Shown: positions 48,180 to 57,041, counted from the stretch's first letter. The stretch is DNA of 64,000 nt from a virus (IMGVR_UViG_3300046779_001841:192001-256000); one strand, 5' to 3'. Notes: generated from the letters alone by a model not told the origin. Translations and numbers: made by a program.

Positions 48180-51100
48180 ATGGCTAAGAGTAGAAAAATA
48201 GCTATGTCTGATGAACAAGAAGAAGTCTTAGATAAAAAGACTTTACTCGATCTAACAAGATTTCTTTTAATTTTAAAGAAGTGTGTTGATCTTCAGTTGC
48301 CTGAAAACATTATAAATGATGGTTTAGATCTATATCGTTTAAATATTTCTAAGATTCAAGAAATAGGCGATATGCTCTTTGATGAGATCGTAGCTAATAG
48401 TTCTCGTCTGAATCCTTTTTATACCAAATATCGTTTAGCTAAAAAAACCTTTGATGTAGAATCCTTAAATAACAGGATTCCTTTAATAGAAGGTTGTTTT
48501 AAGTATTTGCATTTAAATCAAGTTTCTTTAATAGAATTTGCAGAAAATGAACCAGTATTGGTATTGAACCTTAAAGATATTATTCAAGGTATTTTAGAGA
48601 ATAATTTGAATGAGAGTTTAAAGCTACTATTGAACATTCCATCATTCTTATTTTTAAAGTCTGGTGCAAGATCACCACAAAATTGGATTGAGGCTTTAAT
48701 TAAAGCAAATATTACAGGTGCAAGTAAGACACAAAAAGTCGATGCAATCTTGGCAATCAATCAAAGCTATGTAAATCTTGCTAAAGATATTAGAACTCTT
48801 GATACACAGATTAGAAGTTTCACTCCAAATTCAAGAGAATTTATAGAGAAACAAGAGCAAAGACAAGAGTTATTAACAAAACTTATAAATGAAGTTCAAG
48901 ACAAAGAAGGTAATGATGCTAAGAATATCTTGTCAAATTTGACAAGTATCATTCATAGTAGTGAAACACATCAAACTGTAGTCGGTGCTAGATTAAAATT
49001 AACACCTGAACAAGAAAATGCCATGATGGTAGATGGTAAATCAATTATCGCGGCTGGTGCAGGTTCTGGTAAAACTCGTGTCTTGGCTGGTCGTGTTGCT
49101 TGGCTGATTCAAGAAAAAGGTGTTCCTGCATCAAGTATCATGGCAACATCCTTTACAGCCAATTCTGCAACAGAATTAAAAGAAAGAATTGAAAAACCAG
49201 AATTTGCAGGTGATGGTGCAATTCAAGGTAAAGGTTTTGGTACTTCACACTCAATCGCATTTAGTATCTTGCAACAATTTAGTCCAGTATCAAATGTAGA
49301 TTTCAATTTAGATAGTAAGTTGATGATTTTAGCTTTAAAGCAAGTACAAATGTCACCTACAAGTGGAGTACCTTTAGGCAAGATGTCTAATAAGCCAATC
49401 TTTAATCAATATACACAAAACGATATTGATAACTATATTAAGATGGTCAATACCTTTATGGACTATGCAAATTATTTTCTTTCTCAATCTAGTACACCAC
49501 CAGATGCAAAAGAAGATTTGAAAAAAGATATTGTTGTTTTGAACCAAATTATTCAAAACAAGTTATTGCCTTATGATCTTTCTAAAGATCAAAAAGACCA
49601 TTTAAATAATATGATTGCATCACCTAGAGGCAAACAAGTTTTTAATAGGTTAATAGGTGAATATAAACTTACTCATTTAGAGAGATTACAAAAAATAGGT
49701 TCAGAAGAAGAGAACCAACCATATAGAGATTTACAGCGTGAATCTGATAAAAGACAAAAAGGCAAATCTCCAAAAGATTCACCTTATAACACTGAACCTG
49801 CGAATATGTGGTTTAATTTAGGATTAAATCAAGAAGGAATAGAAGCACAAGCTAGTCTATTAAAAAATGCTGGTTTATTTGATAAGGCAGATAATTTACA
49901 AGATGATTTTGAAGAATTTTTAAAAAAGGCACATGGCGAATCCAAGTTCTTCCAAAAGCAAGTTTCTAAATGTTATAACAATGTGATGTCTGTAAAACAA
50001 CTTAAAGATTCTTTAAAGCCTAATTTCTTGAATAATGCTTTAGTTGCAGTTTATGGTGCTTATTTGTGGCTAAAAGAAAATGATCTTACTTTTGCTAATA
50101 CTATCAGTGGTGATGATATGTTAATTAAGGCAATAGGTTTGATGTTAGAAAAGCCCAGTGTTTTAAGTGCATTACAAACTCAATATAAACATATCATGGT
50201 AGATGAAGCACAAGACTTAAATAAATCACAACATATCTTCTTTGGATTGATCGCAGGGACAATCAATCCTGGTAATTTATTACCATATACAGATGGTAGA
50301 CCAATGAGAGCAAAATCTTTTGTTTTGATTGGTGATGATAAACAAGCGATTTATGAATTTAGAGGTGCTACACCACAAACATTTATTGAGAAGTCTGATT
50401 TATTACAAGGTGATTTTAAGACTGCTATTATTCCTACAAACTTTAGAAGTGGAAATAGTATTGTAGATTCAGCTAATAAATTGATTGCATATAATGATCA
50501 AATTCCTATGACTTGTGTATCTGTACCATCCAAAGGATTGGGAACAATCTATACAGAAAAAACACCAGATCCATCATTTACTGCACCTGCTATTCATTTG
50601 ATGGCTGAGATTAAAACACATATTGGATTAGGTGGTAAAATAGAAGATTATGGTGTGGCAACAAGAAGTAAAAAACAAGCATTCCCATTCTTATTAGAAG
50701 CATTAAAAGAAAAGATACCATTTAGATCACAAATTAATCCTTTATCTAAAGAAAACTTTCAAGCTATTTTTAGATGGCTTGAATTTATCAGTCTTCCAGA
50801 TAGTGATGTTTCTAAATTAAATAGTTTGATTTTAGAACTATATAAGGGCGGTACTGTTTTCTATTTAGGTGAAAAGAACTTTACTGAACCTTTAAAAGAA
50901 TATCTACAAGCTAATAGAAATGCCAATCTATTAACAAATATGCCACTTCATTTATTCCCACAAACATCAACTTCTTTTGTGAAGAGTAGTGTTGAGAAAT
51001 ATTTGAATGTTTTAGTATCTGCAAGACAAATTCAAGGTAGTGCGACTGATTGTCTTGTGAAATTATTAAAACTTAAAGATTTAAAGAAACATACTTTTGC

Positions 51101-51662
51101 AGAAGTTTTCTTTCCTATACAAGAAGATGATGGCAAAGAAAAAGATGATGAAGAAGAAGATAAATCAAAAGATTATGAGATCATGTTATCTTTATTAGAT
51201 TTTACAGATAATCCAGCAGTAGTAACTTTAGCAGATGTTATTGTAGAGATTAAAAAATTCACTAAAACTGTAGAAGAAGGTAGAAAAGAAAACAAAGGTA
51301 TGTTGATAGACACTATGCACCAATGGAAAGGTTTAGAGTGTAAATATCTCACCACTATTTTTGCTGATAATTTCCCAAGAATGAAAGGTGATGATATGAC
51401 TGATGAAGAGTATGAAGCAGAATTAGCAAGTGAAAGAAGACTTGCTTATGTTGCTTTAACTCGTGGTCAAGATCAAGTGCGTGTTATATCTAATACTCAA
51501 GTTAAAGTATGGGATAGTACTGTAAAAGATTGGAAAATGAAAAATGTTACACCATCTAGGTTTATTGAAGAGGCTTGTATTCCACAAAAATTTAAAGTAG
51601 AAAAACAATCTTCATTGGAAATTCATGTAGAAGATATATTGCATTTCATGATTAAAAAATAA
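48180..51662 (+). CDS. uvrD: UvrD/REP-family SF1 helicase with long N-terminal extension
   Basis: LTPEQENA, AAGAGSGKT, VDEAQDLN, IGDDKQAIYEFRGA, NFRS, TMHQWKGLE, ERRLAYVALTRG. Confidence 0.9.
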   Translation: MAKSRKIAMSDEQEEVLDKKTLLDLTRFLLILKKCVDLQLPENIINDGLDLYRLNISKIQEIGDMLFDEIVANSSRLNPFYTKYRLAKKTFDVESLNNRIPLIEGCFKYLHLNQVSLIEFAENEPVLVLNLKDIIQGILENNLNESLKLLLNIPSFLFLKSGARSPQNWIEALIKANITGASKTQKVDAILAINQSYVNLAKDIRTLDTQIRSFTPNSREFIEKQEQRQELLTKLINEVQDKEGNDAKNILSNLTSIIHSSETHQTVVGARLKLTPEQENAMMVDGKSIIAAGAGSGKTRVLAGRVAWLIQEKGVPASSIMATSFTANSATELKERIEKPEFAGDGAIQGKGFGTSHSIAFSILQQFSPVSNVDFNLDSKLMILALKQVQMSPTSGVPLGKMSNKPIFNQYTQNDIDNYIKMVNTFMDYANYFLSQSSTPPDAKEDLKKDIVVLNQIIQNKLLPYDLSKDQKDHLNNMIASPRGKQVFNRLIGEYKLTHLERLQKIGSEEENQPYRDLQRESDKRQKGKSPKDSPYNTEPANMWFNLGLNQEGIEAQASLLKNAGLFDKADNLQDDFEEFLKKAHGESKFFQKQVSKCYNNVMSVKQLKDSLKPNFLNNALVAVYGAYLWLKENDLTFANTISGDDMLIKAIGLMLEKPSVLSALQTQYKHIMVDEAQDLNKSQHIFFGLIAGTINPGNLLPYTDGRPMRAKSFVLIGDDKQAIYEFRGATPQTFIEKSDLLQGDFKTAIIPTNFRSGNSIVDSANKLIAYNDQIPMTCVSVPSKGLGTIYTEKTPDPSFTAPAIHLMAEIKTHIGLGGKIEDYGVATRSKKQAFPFLLEALKEKIPFRSQINPLSKENFQAIFRWLEFISLPDSDVSKLNSLILELYKGGTVFYLGEKNFTEPLKEYLQANRNANLLTNMPLHLFPQTSTSFVKSSVEKYLNVLVSARQIQGSATDCLVKLLKLKDLKKHTFAEVFFPIQEDDGKEKDDEEEDKSKDYEIMLSLLDFTDNPAVVTLADVIVEIKKFTKTVEEGRKENKGMLIDTMHQWKGLECKYLTTIFADNFPRMKGDDMTDEEYEAELASERRLAYVALTRGQDQVRVISNTQVKVWDSTVKDWKMKNVTPSRFIEEACIPQKFKVEKQSSLEIHVEDILHFMIKK

Positions 51663-51697
51663 TTGCAAATTTAGAATTTCTGTGTAATGTAATAATC

Positions 51698-51780
51698 GTG
51701 ATTGCTAAAGTGGACTTAGCTTTTTCCACCTGTATGACATAGGCAGGTATCACAAAAACTATGTCAATTATCTTTTTTTT
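51698..51780. ncRNA. Candidate structured non-coding element 2
   Basis: Outer GTGAT/ATCAC, hairpins GCTAA/TTAGC and ACCTG/CAGGT, then AAAAA-CTATGTC-AATTATCTT and a T-run. The tail CTATGTCA is complementary to internal TGACATAG. Confidence 0.45.
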
Positions 51781-51785
51781 ATATA

Positions 51786-51834
51786 TGTTGCAAAGATAGC
51801 TAAACCACAAGTGTTATATATATGTCGATAATGA
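51786..51834 (+). promoter_or_regulatory. Duplicated promoter-like element, copy 1
   Basis: tgttgcaaagatagct-aaaccac-aagtgttatatatatgtc-ga-taatga is near-identical to 53738-53786 and lies ~28 nt before an ATG. Confidence 0.65.
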
Positions 51835-51861
51835 CAAACTCTCAAAAAAGGAAAATGAGAT

Positions 51862-52083
51862 ATGAAAACTTTTACTCACAATGAAATTTTAGCAATGATA
51901 CAGGAAGCATTTCTTAAACCAATGTCTGAGATACTTGAAACAATCACAAAACTTGAAGCAAATGAAGTAAGAGATGAAGTAAGAATTGCTTATCTTTATA
52001 AAGAATACCATTCTAAAAACTCTGAAAGAGAAAAAGCAGTAAAAGCTATGGAAGACTACTATTTTAGAGAAGGAAAAAAATAA
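51862..52083 (+). CDS. Hypothetical protein (73 aa)
   Basis: AAGGA Shine-Dalgarno; downstream of the duplicated promoter. Confidence 0.7.
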   Translation: MKTFTHNEILAMIQEAFLKPMSEILETITKLEANEVRDEVRIAYLYKEYHSKNSEREKAVKAMEDYYFREGKK

Positions 52084-52367
52084 TGACTATCATCTATGAA
52101 ACTACCAATCCAATGTTTGAAACTATCTGTTCAAATATTGAACATTCTCATTCAATAGCTATAGTAACATATATTCAGAATATTGATGGTGGTGTTATTG
52201 TAAAACTTGATGATGTAGAAAGTATCTATGATAAGATAACTATCTTAGAAAAAGATGACAAGTATGATGTTTGTTTTGAATATCATGGTTCAAAGCCACA
52301 TACTGAAATCATAGAAAAAGAAAACTTAGGAATGTATTTAAGAAAAAAGACCACCATGTTTGTTTAG
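52083..52367 (+). CDS. Hypothetical protein (94 aa)
   Basis: TAATG stop/start overlap with the previous gene. Confidence 0.7.
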   Translation: MTIIYETTNPMFETICSNIEHSHSIAIVTYIQNIDGGVIVKLDDVESIYDKITILEKDDKYDVCFEYHGSKPHTEIIEKENLGMYLRKKTTMFV

Positions 52368-52813
52368 CAAGGTGTCACTTTTAAAGGATATTTGAAAGTA
52401 TAATAAGTTGCCATGCAACCATGAATAGTTTTATGAACATATTCATGATCGTCTGGATTATCACTTTCAAAATAAAAGCGAACATAATCATAAGTTGTAC
52501 GATAGACACATAGAAAAAGAATTACATCTTCTCTCTTTCTATATTTAGAAAGCAATTCTTCATATATAGAAAAAGCACAATCATATTCCGATCTACCGAA
52601 AAGAACAGATTCGTATTTAGTATCATCATCAAAACGAAAAGGTGTGATCTGATTTTTTTTACAGAATGGGTAAAAAAACTTATTTCTTTCTTTAGCATTT
52701 AAATCTTTCACATCAAATCGGTATTCATCACCATATTTTTTTATGAGATTTTTATCAGTGCTATTTGCCAGTGCATCTAGCAGTATGTCTTTATCTTTAA
52801 AATAGAGATACAT
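52364..52813 (-). CDS. Hypothetical protein
   Basis: ATG at 52813 with AAGGA Shine-Dalgarno; the ORF-track start at 52870 is probably overextended. Confidence 0.65.
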   Translation of the reverse strand: MYLYFKDKDILLDALANSTDKNLIKKYGDEYRFDVKDLNAKERNKFFYPFCKKNQITPFRFDDDTKYESVLFGRSEYDCAFSIYEELLSKYRKREDVILFLCVYRTTYDYVRFYFESDNPDDHEYVHKTIHGCMATYYTFKYPLKVTPC

Positions 52814-52872
52814 TTTTAATAATCCTTTTATATGTTGATAAATATATTGAAAGAATACAAAGGACTTCAATT

Positions 52873-53121
52873 ATGTTTAAACGATTCGCTAGAAATCTTA
52901 AAATAGAAAATGCTATTCATAATATAGATGATATGCTTGATGATATTATGGAAATAAAAGTATCTTTTCAAGATACCGAATCAATAGCATATACTGAAAT
53001 TCAAAATAGTAATCTCTTTCAACAAAACATTGGTGGTGTAATGCCAGCACTTAAAGCGATTTCCGAAGCAGAAAAACAACTTAATATTGCTAAAAACCTA
53101 TTGTTAAGACAAGGTAGATGA
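52873..53121 (+). CDS. Hypothetical protein (82 aa)
   Basis: AAGGA Shine-Dalgarno; helical composition. Confidence 0.65.
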   Translation: MFKRFARNLKIENAIHNIDDMLDDIMEIKVSFQDTESIAYTEIQNSNLFQQNIGGVMPALKAISEAEKQLNIAKNLLLRQGR

Positions 53122-53122
53122 A

Positions 53123-53722
53123 ATGAGAAAATTAAGAATTTTAAGAGCAAAACTCGAATTTGTTAAAAACAAATTTATGGATCTTGATAATGCAACATTG
53201 CAAAATCACCCAGAAGATCAAGAAGAAATTTGGAATATGTATGAACAATCATACAAGAATATTGGTATGCACTTAAACAAGACTAAATTATTGACTAAGT
53301 ATGATGATTGGGCTTTAGAAGATGTGGATGAAGATCCATATGCAGACATTTTCATTACATTTACAGATACACCACATGGTAAAAAATTAGGTGTTGCTGG
53401 TAATGATGGTGGTTCTGAAGCTAAAACTGCTATTAAAAATGCTATTGGAAAATATCTTACAAAGCCAGGATATTATGCAGAACTTTCTTTAACTTTAGAA
53501 TACATTGCACAAAAACGCGGAGTGCCTTTCATTGATAATGAAGAAATTGTTACCGAAGTTTTAGGTGGCAAAGCGATTGAATGGGAAGGTGATGGTTATT
53601 ATTCAAGACAATTAGGTGAAATGGGTCGTGTTTCTAAAAGACTTTATGGTTATCCAAAAGGTGTAGATCAAGCATTATTACAAGATAGTCTTAGATTTAA
53701 AGGTGAAGTTAGAAATCATTAA
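53123..53722 (+). CDS. Hypothetical phage protein
   Basis: 199-aa ORF; YEQSYKNIG..KKLGVAGNDG..GYYAELS..GYYSRQLG pattern recalled from large-phage hypotheticals. Confidence 0.7.
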   Translation: MRKLRILRAKLEFVKNKFMDLDNATLQNHPEDQEEIWNMYEQSYKNIGMHLNKTKLLTKYDDWALEDVDEDPYADIFITFTDTPHGKKLGVAGNDGGSEAKTAIKNAIGKYLTKPGYYAELSLTLEYIAQKRGVPFIDNEEIVTEVLGGKAIEWEGDGYYSRQLGEMGRVSKRLYGYPKGVDQALLQDSLRFKGEVRNH

Positions 53723-53737
53723 AATATTTTTCATTTC

Positions 53738-53786
53738 TGTTGCAAAGATAGCTTATCCAGAAGTGTTATATATATGTCAGTAATGA
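53738..53786 (+). promoter_or_regulatory. Duplicated promoter-like element, copy 2
   Basis: tgttgcaaagatagct-tatccag-aagtgttatatatatgtc-ag-taatga. Confidence 0.65.
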
Positions 53787-53811
53787 ATAACAAAACACAA
53801 AGGAAAAAAAA

Positions 53812-54102
53812 ATGATTGCACAAGAAATCTTAAATCAATTAGGTGGTGGTAGAAAATTAAGTTTCATGATTGGTCTTAAAAATGCTATTGGTAAACCTAA
53901 TGGACTTGATCTCAAGTTTCCTAAATCACCAAAAAAAATAAACTATGTCAAGATCACTTTGAATGAAAAAGATTTATATGATCTTGAGTTTTGTACTTTA
54001 CATAATAGTGTTCTTAAAACTATCTCTGTTGAAAATGACATCTATGCAGAAGATTTGAAAAGATGTTTTGAAAGAAACACTGCATACTATTTAACTTTTT
54101 AA
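53812..54102 (+). CDS. Conserved hypothetical phage protein (ILxQLGG family)
   Basis: EILNQLGGGRKLSFMIG..NYVKITLNEKDLYDLEF..IYAEDL..FERNT. Confidence 0.75.
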   Translation: MIAQEILNQLGGGRKLSFMIGLKNAIGKPNGLDLKFPKSPKKINYVKITLNEKDLYDLEFCTLHNSVLKTISVENDIYAEDLKRCFERNTAYYLTF

Positions 54103-54152
54103 TTTATCAATTTTCTTATCCTATATATATAACATCTAAAAAAGGATAAGTC

Positions 54153-55148
54153 ATGTTTAAGCATATATCTAAAGAACGATCTGATGAAGAAAAAAAAGAA
54201 ATCTATGACAAATGGAAAAAACTTATTAATATGTCTGAGAAAGAACTTAAAGAATGGGGTGATAATCCAGATCATCTTGAAGCATCTTTAAATAGAGAAG
54301 AAGCTAAAGATAATGGCAAAATCCAATCAGGTTATGATTCTTTTCATCGTATCAAAAGAAGAAAAGACAAACCATTTGAAGAATGGACTGCACAAGATTT
54401 TGATAATGCAAGTCAAGAGAATGGTTTTAATGGTCGTATGCTTGGTGGTAATCCAGGTAAACCTGTAGGTTCAACAGGTAGAAGTAAATGGGAAATATCT
54501 TTAAGAAATTGGGGTCATGATCCAAGTAAAGCAAATAGTCCTGGTCATAGTAAATGGAAAAAATGGAAAAAAGATAATGAAGAAGAAATTAAAAAATCTA
54601 AAGCTAAAAAAGAAGCATCTCTTGTTATGCGTGCCTATGAATTAAGCTACCTTTTTGAGAATACTAATGATCTTAGAACTGCTTGTGTGAATTGCCTTTT
54701 ACAATCCAATCCACAAACAAAAAACGAATTTAAAAAAGAACTTTTAAGAGTAGCTAGTAGAAACCATGTATTTAATGAAAGCATAGTTTCTAATACTTTT
54801 GCCATGCGAAAAGCAACAACAATCAATCAAATCAAATCTGCATTAAATCCATCTATTGTACCTAGCACAAAACAAATCATTGGTGAATACACTGGCAAGA
54901 ATAAAGTAAACACTTTTCAAGTCGGTGAATATCAAGTAAATGTTTTACTTGATGCAAATGATAATGTGTTTGTAAATTGTGATTGTGGTTTCTGGAAATA
55001 TCAAGGTGCAGAATATCATGCGAAACAAGATGGTTATTTACTTGGTAATCCAAAAGGCACTGCAGAAAAGCCACAAGTAAAAGATCCAAATGGAAATAAT
55101 AAAGTTTGCAAACATATCTTAGCAGTCTTAGAGAAAATAAAAAGTTAA
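54153..55148 (+). CDS. DUF3140-like domain fused to a SWIM-like zinc finger
   Basis: KWKKLINMSEKELKEW..SKWEISLRNWGHDP (DUF3140 pattern); VNCDCGFWKY..VCKHILAVL. Confidence 0.7.
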   Translation: MFKHISKERSDEEKKEIYDKWKKLINMSEKELKEWGDNPDHLEASLNREEAKDNGKIQSGYDSFHRIKRRKDKPFEEWTAQDFDNASQENGFNGRMLGGNPGKPVGSTGRSKWEISLRNWGHDPSKANSPGHSKWKKWKKDNEEEIKKSKAKKEASLVMRAYELSYLFENTNDLRTACVNCLLQSNPQTKNEFKKELLRVASRNHVFNESIVSNTFAMRKATTINQIKSALNPSIVPSTKQIIGEYTGKNKVNTFQVGEYQVNVLLDANDNVFVNCDCGFWKYQGAEYHAKQDGYLLGNPKGTAEKPQVKDPNGNNKVCKHILAVLEKIKS

Positions 55149-55183
55149 GATCTCTTGTATAATAAATAAAAACAGGAGTTATT

Positions 55184-55576
55184 ATGCCTACATATACATA
55201 TCAATGTAAAGAATGTGAATTAGAATTTAATGTCACAAAAAAGATGTCTGAATCTTCAACACCAGAAAATTGTCCAGATTGTTCTGCGAGTGATTGTGTT
55301 AAAATACCATCTATGCCACAAGTCATGTTTAAAGGTGATGGTTGGATTGATAAAAACAATCGTATAAGTAAACAAATGGAAAGTAAAAATAAGAAACTCG
55401 AAGTAAGAGAAAATGAAATGAAAAGAGATGCACCTAGTGTTAAACTTGTACCTAATGTAGATGGTGAAAGAGTAGATTCATGGTCTGATGCTCAAAAGTT
55501 GGCAAAAGACAAAGGCAAGAATACAGAAAGCTATAATGATCTTGTTAAGAAAGAAGATACTTTAAAGAAAAATTAA
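55184..55576 (+). CDS. FmdB-family zinc-ribbon protein
   Basis: MPTYTYQCKEC..CPDC..PSMPQVMFKGDGW. Confidence 0.85.
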   Translation: MPTYTYQCKECELEFNVTKKMSESSTPENCPDCSASDCVKIPSMPQVMFKGDGWIDKNNRISKQMESKNKKLEVRENEMKRDAPSVKLVPNVDGERVDSWSDAQKLAKDKGKNTESYNDLVKKEDTLKKN

Positions 55577-55601
55577 TACATATTCTATAAGTATTTCATA
55601 T

Positions 55602-55937
55602 ATGAACATAAACACAAAAGGATTAAAAATGAAAAAGCTATCATCTCTTAAAAGAAGATTAAAGAAAGCCAGTGAAATGCTTTCACACACCATGTTTGAA
55701 GAATATGATTTTAATGAAGATCAAATGATTGGTCGTGATGAATGGGAAGGTGAAGATGAAGTATTTTCTTTATTAGATACTAATAAAGATGAATATCTGG
55801 ACAATGATGAAATAGGATATGGTGTTGGTCAATCCTTTGCAAGACAAGCGAGTGATGAAGAATATTTAACACCACAAGAAATTGCAGATATTTTAGGTGG
55901 AACATTAATGTCTGTTAGAAGAAATGAAAGACCTTAA
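55602..55937 (+). CDS. Small EF-hand calcium-binding protein (probable start 55629)
   Basis: DFNEDQMIGRDEW and DTNKDEYLDNDEI both fit the 12-residue EF-hand loop. Confidence 0.7.
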   Translation: MNINTKGLKMKKLSSLKRRLKKASEMLSHTMFEEYDFNEDQMIGRDEWEGEDEVFSLLDTNKDEYLDNDEIGYGVGQSFARQASDEEYLTPQEIADILGGTLMSVRRNERP

Positions 55938-55997
55938 ATATCAATAATCTTTTTATTTTCTATCTTTGTTTGTTAATAAAAACCACAAGGATTAAAA

Positions 55998-56984
55998 ATG
56001 AATAGATCACAAACTATCGCTACATTATATAAATTATCTTTCCAATCACCACAAGGTCATAATTTAAGACAGGCTTGTCTTATGGCAATGGGTAAAATTC
56101 GTCTTGCAAATGAACAAGACAAAGTAGAAACTATTGTTGAAGATTTGGAAAATGCACCTAAAAATGTTCAAGATGAAACTAAGCTAAATATAGTTAGTGA
56201 ATTGGCAATCAAAACTATTGAAGAAGAAACCAAAAGACTTGCACCTAAAGGTTTGAACTTAATTAAAGCATGGATTAAGAAACATAGTGTTCAAATAAAA
56301 GATATTCAAAACAAAGCATTTGCAATAGCGACTTCTCCTATTGATGCAGTTTCCATCGCTTTTGATGTTATACAATTTAATCTAAACAAAAAGAAAGATG
56401 GTGGTGATCTTGTAGGCACTATTGGTTTTATTGCATCTGTTCTTTCTGCTGATTCTCCAGAAGATCTTGTTGAATCAGAAAGTAAAGAATGGGAAAAATT
56501 TAAACCTTATTTACCAGCATTTTTAGGTTTGGGTGCGGCCGCTGTTGATGAACATTGGATTCATATTCAAAAATATGTTTTGAAATATGGATATGAAACA
56601 ATGACTGCAGTTAAGATGTGGATAAAAGGTGCATCTTGGTTAAAAATTGTAGGTACTGTAGCAGGTTCTTTTACAATCATTTTAGCACTATGTGTTCTTT
56701 TTGGCACACATAACATTTATATGTTACTTAAAAAAATCGCAACACTTGTCTTTGGTTTACCTTTAGCTATTCTTAATGATGCTATTTCTGTTTTGAGATG
56801 GGGATTTAGCGAAATTAAATCTTTCTTTAATAATGCTGGTAAAAAAGTTCAAGACTGGTGGGATGAAGAAGAAGGTGAGATTGTTAAAAAAACTGCCAAT
56901 CGTATTGTCCTTCGTGAATTTAAAAAACTTGCTTTACATGATGAAAGATTTTATCGTCTTGCAAATAAATCCTTTGGTCTTTAA
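55998..56984 (+). CDS. Hypothetical membrane-associated protein, paralog of 36586..37617
   Basis: IVGTVAGSFTIILALCVLFG and IATLVFGLPLAIL hydrophobic segments; shared terminal modules. Confidence 0.72.
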   Translation: MNRSQTIATLYKLSFQSPQGHNLRQACLMAMGKIRLANEQDKVETIVEDLENAPKNVQDETKLNIVSELAIKTIEEETKRLAPKGLNLIKAWIKKHSVQIKDIQNKAFAIATSPIDAVSIAFDVIQFNLNKKKDGGDLVGTIGFIASVLSADSPEDLVESESKEWEKFKPYLPAFLGLGAAAVDEHWIHIQKYVLKYGYETMTAVKMWIKGASWLKIVGTVAGSFTIILALCVLFGTHNIYMLLKKIATLVFGLPLAILNDAISVLRWGFSEIKSFFNNAGKKVQDWWDEEEGEIVKKTANRIVLREFKKLALHDERFYRLANKSFGL

Positions 56985-57041
56985 TATTTTTTTAATTAAA
57001 TCCTTTCTTGTATATGATACTCATTTTTAAGGATTTATTTT

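Noticed and set aside
51698-51780. Known self-cleaving ribozyme or riboswitch (HDV-like, pistol, hammerhead, SAM-I, c-di-GMP-I, ZTP)
   Set aside because: By manual comparison the required conserved cores and helix order are not present. Kept only as an unclassified structured element.
4293-56541. Four NotI sites as possible cloning or synthetic scars
   Set aside because: All four are in-frame Ala-Ala-Ala codons inside native genes and are better explained by GCWGC avoidance.
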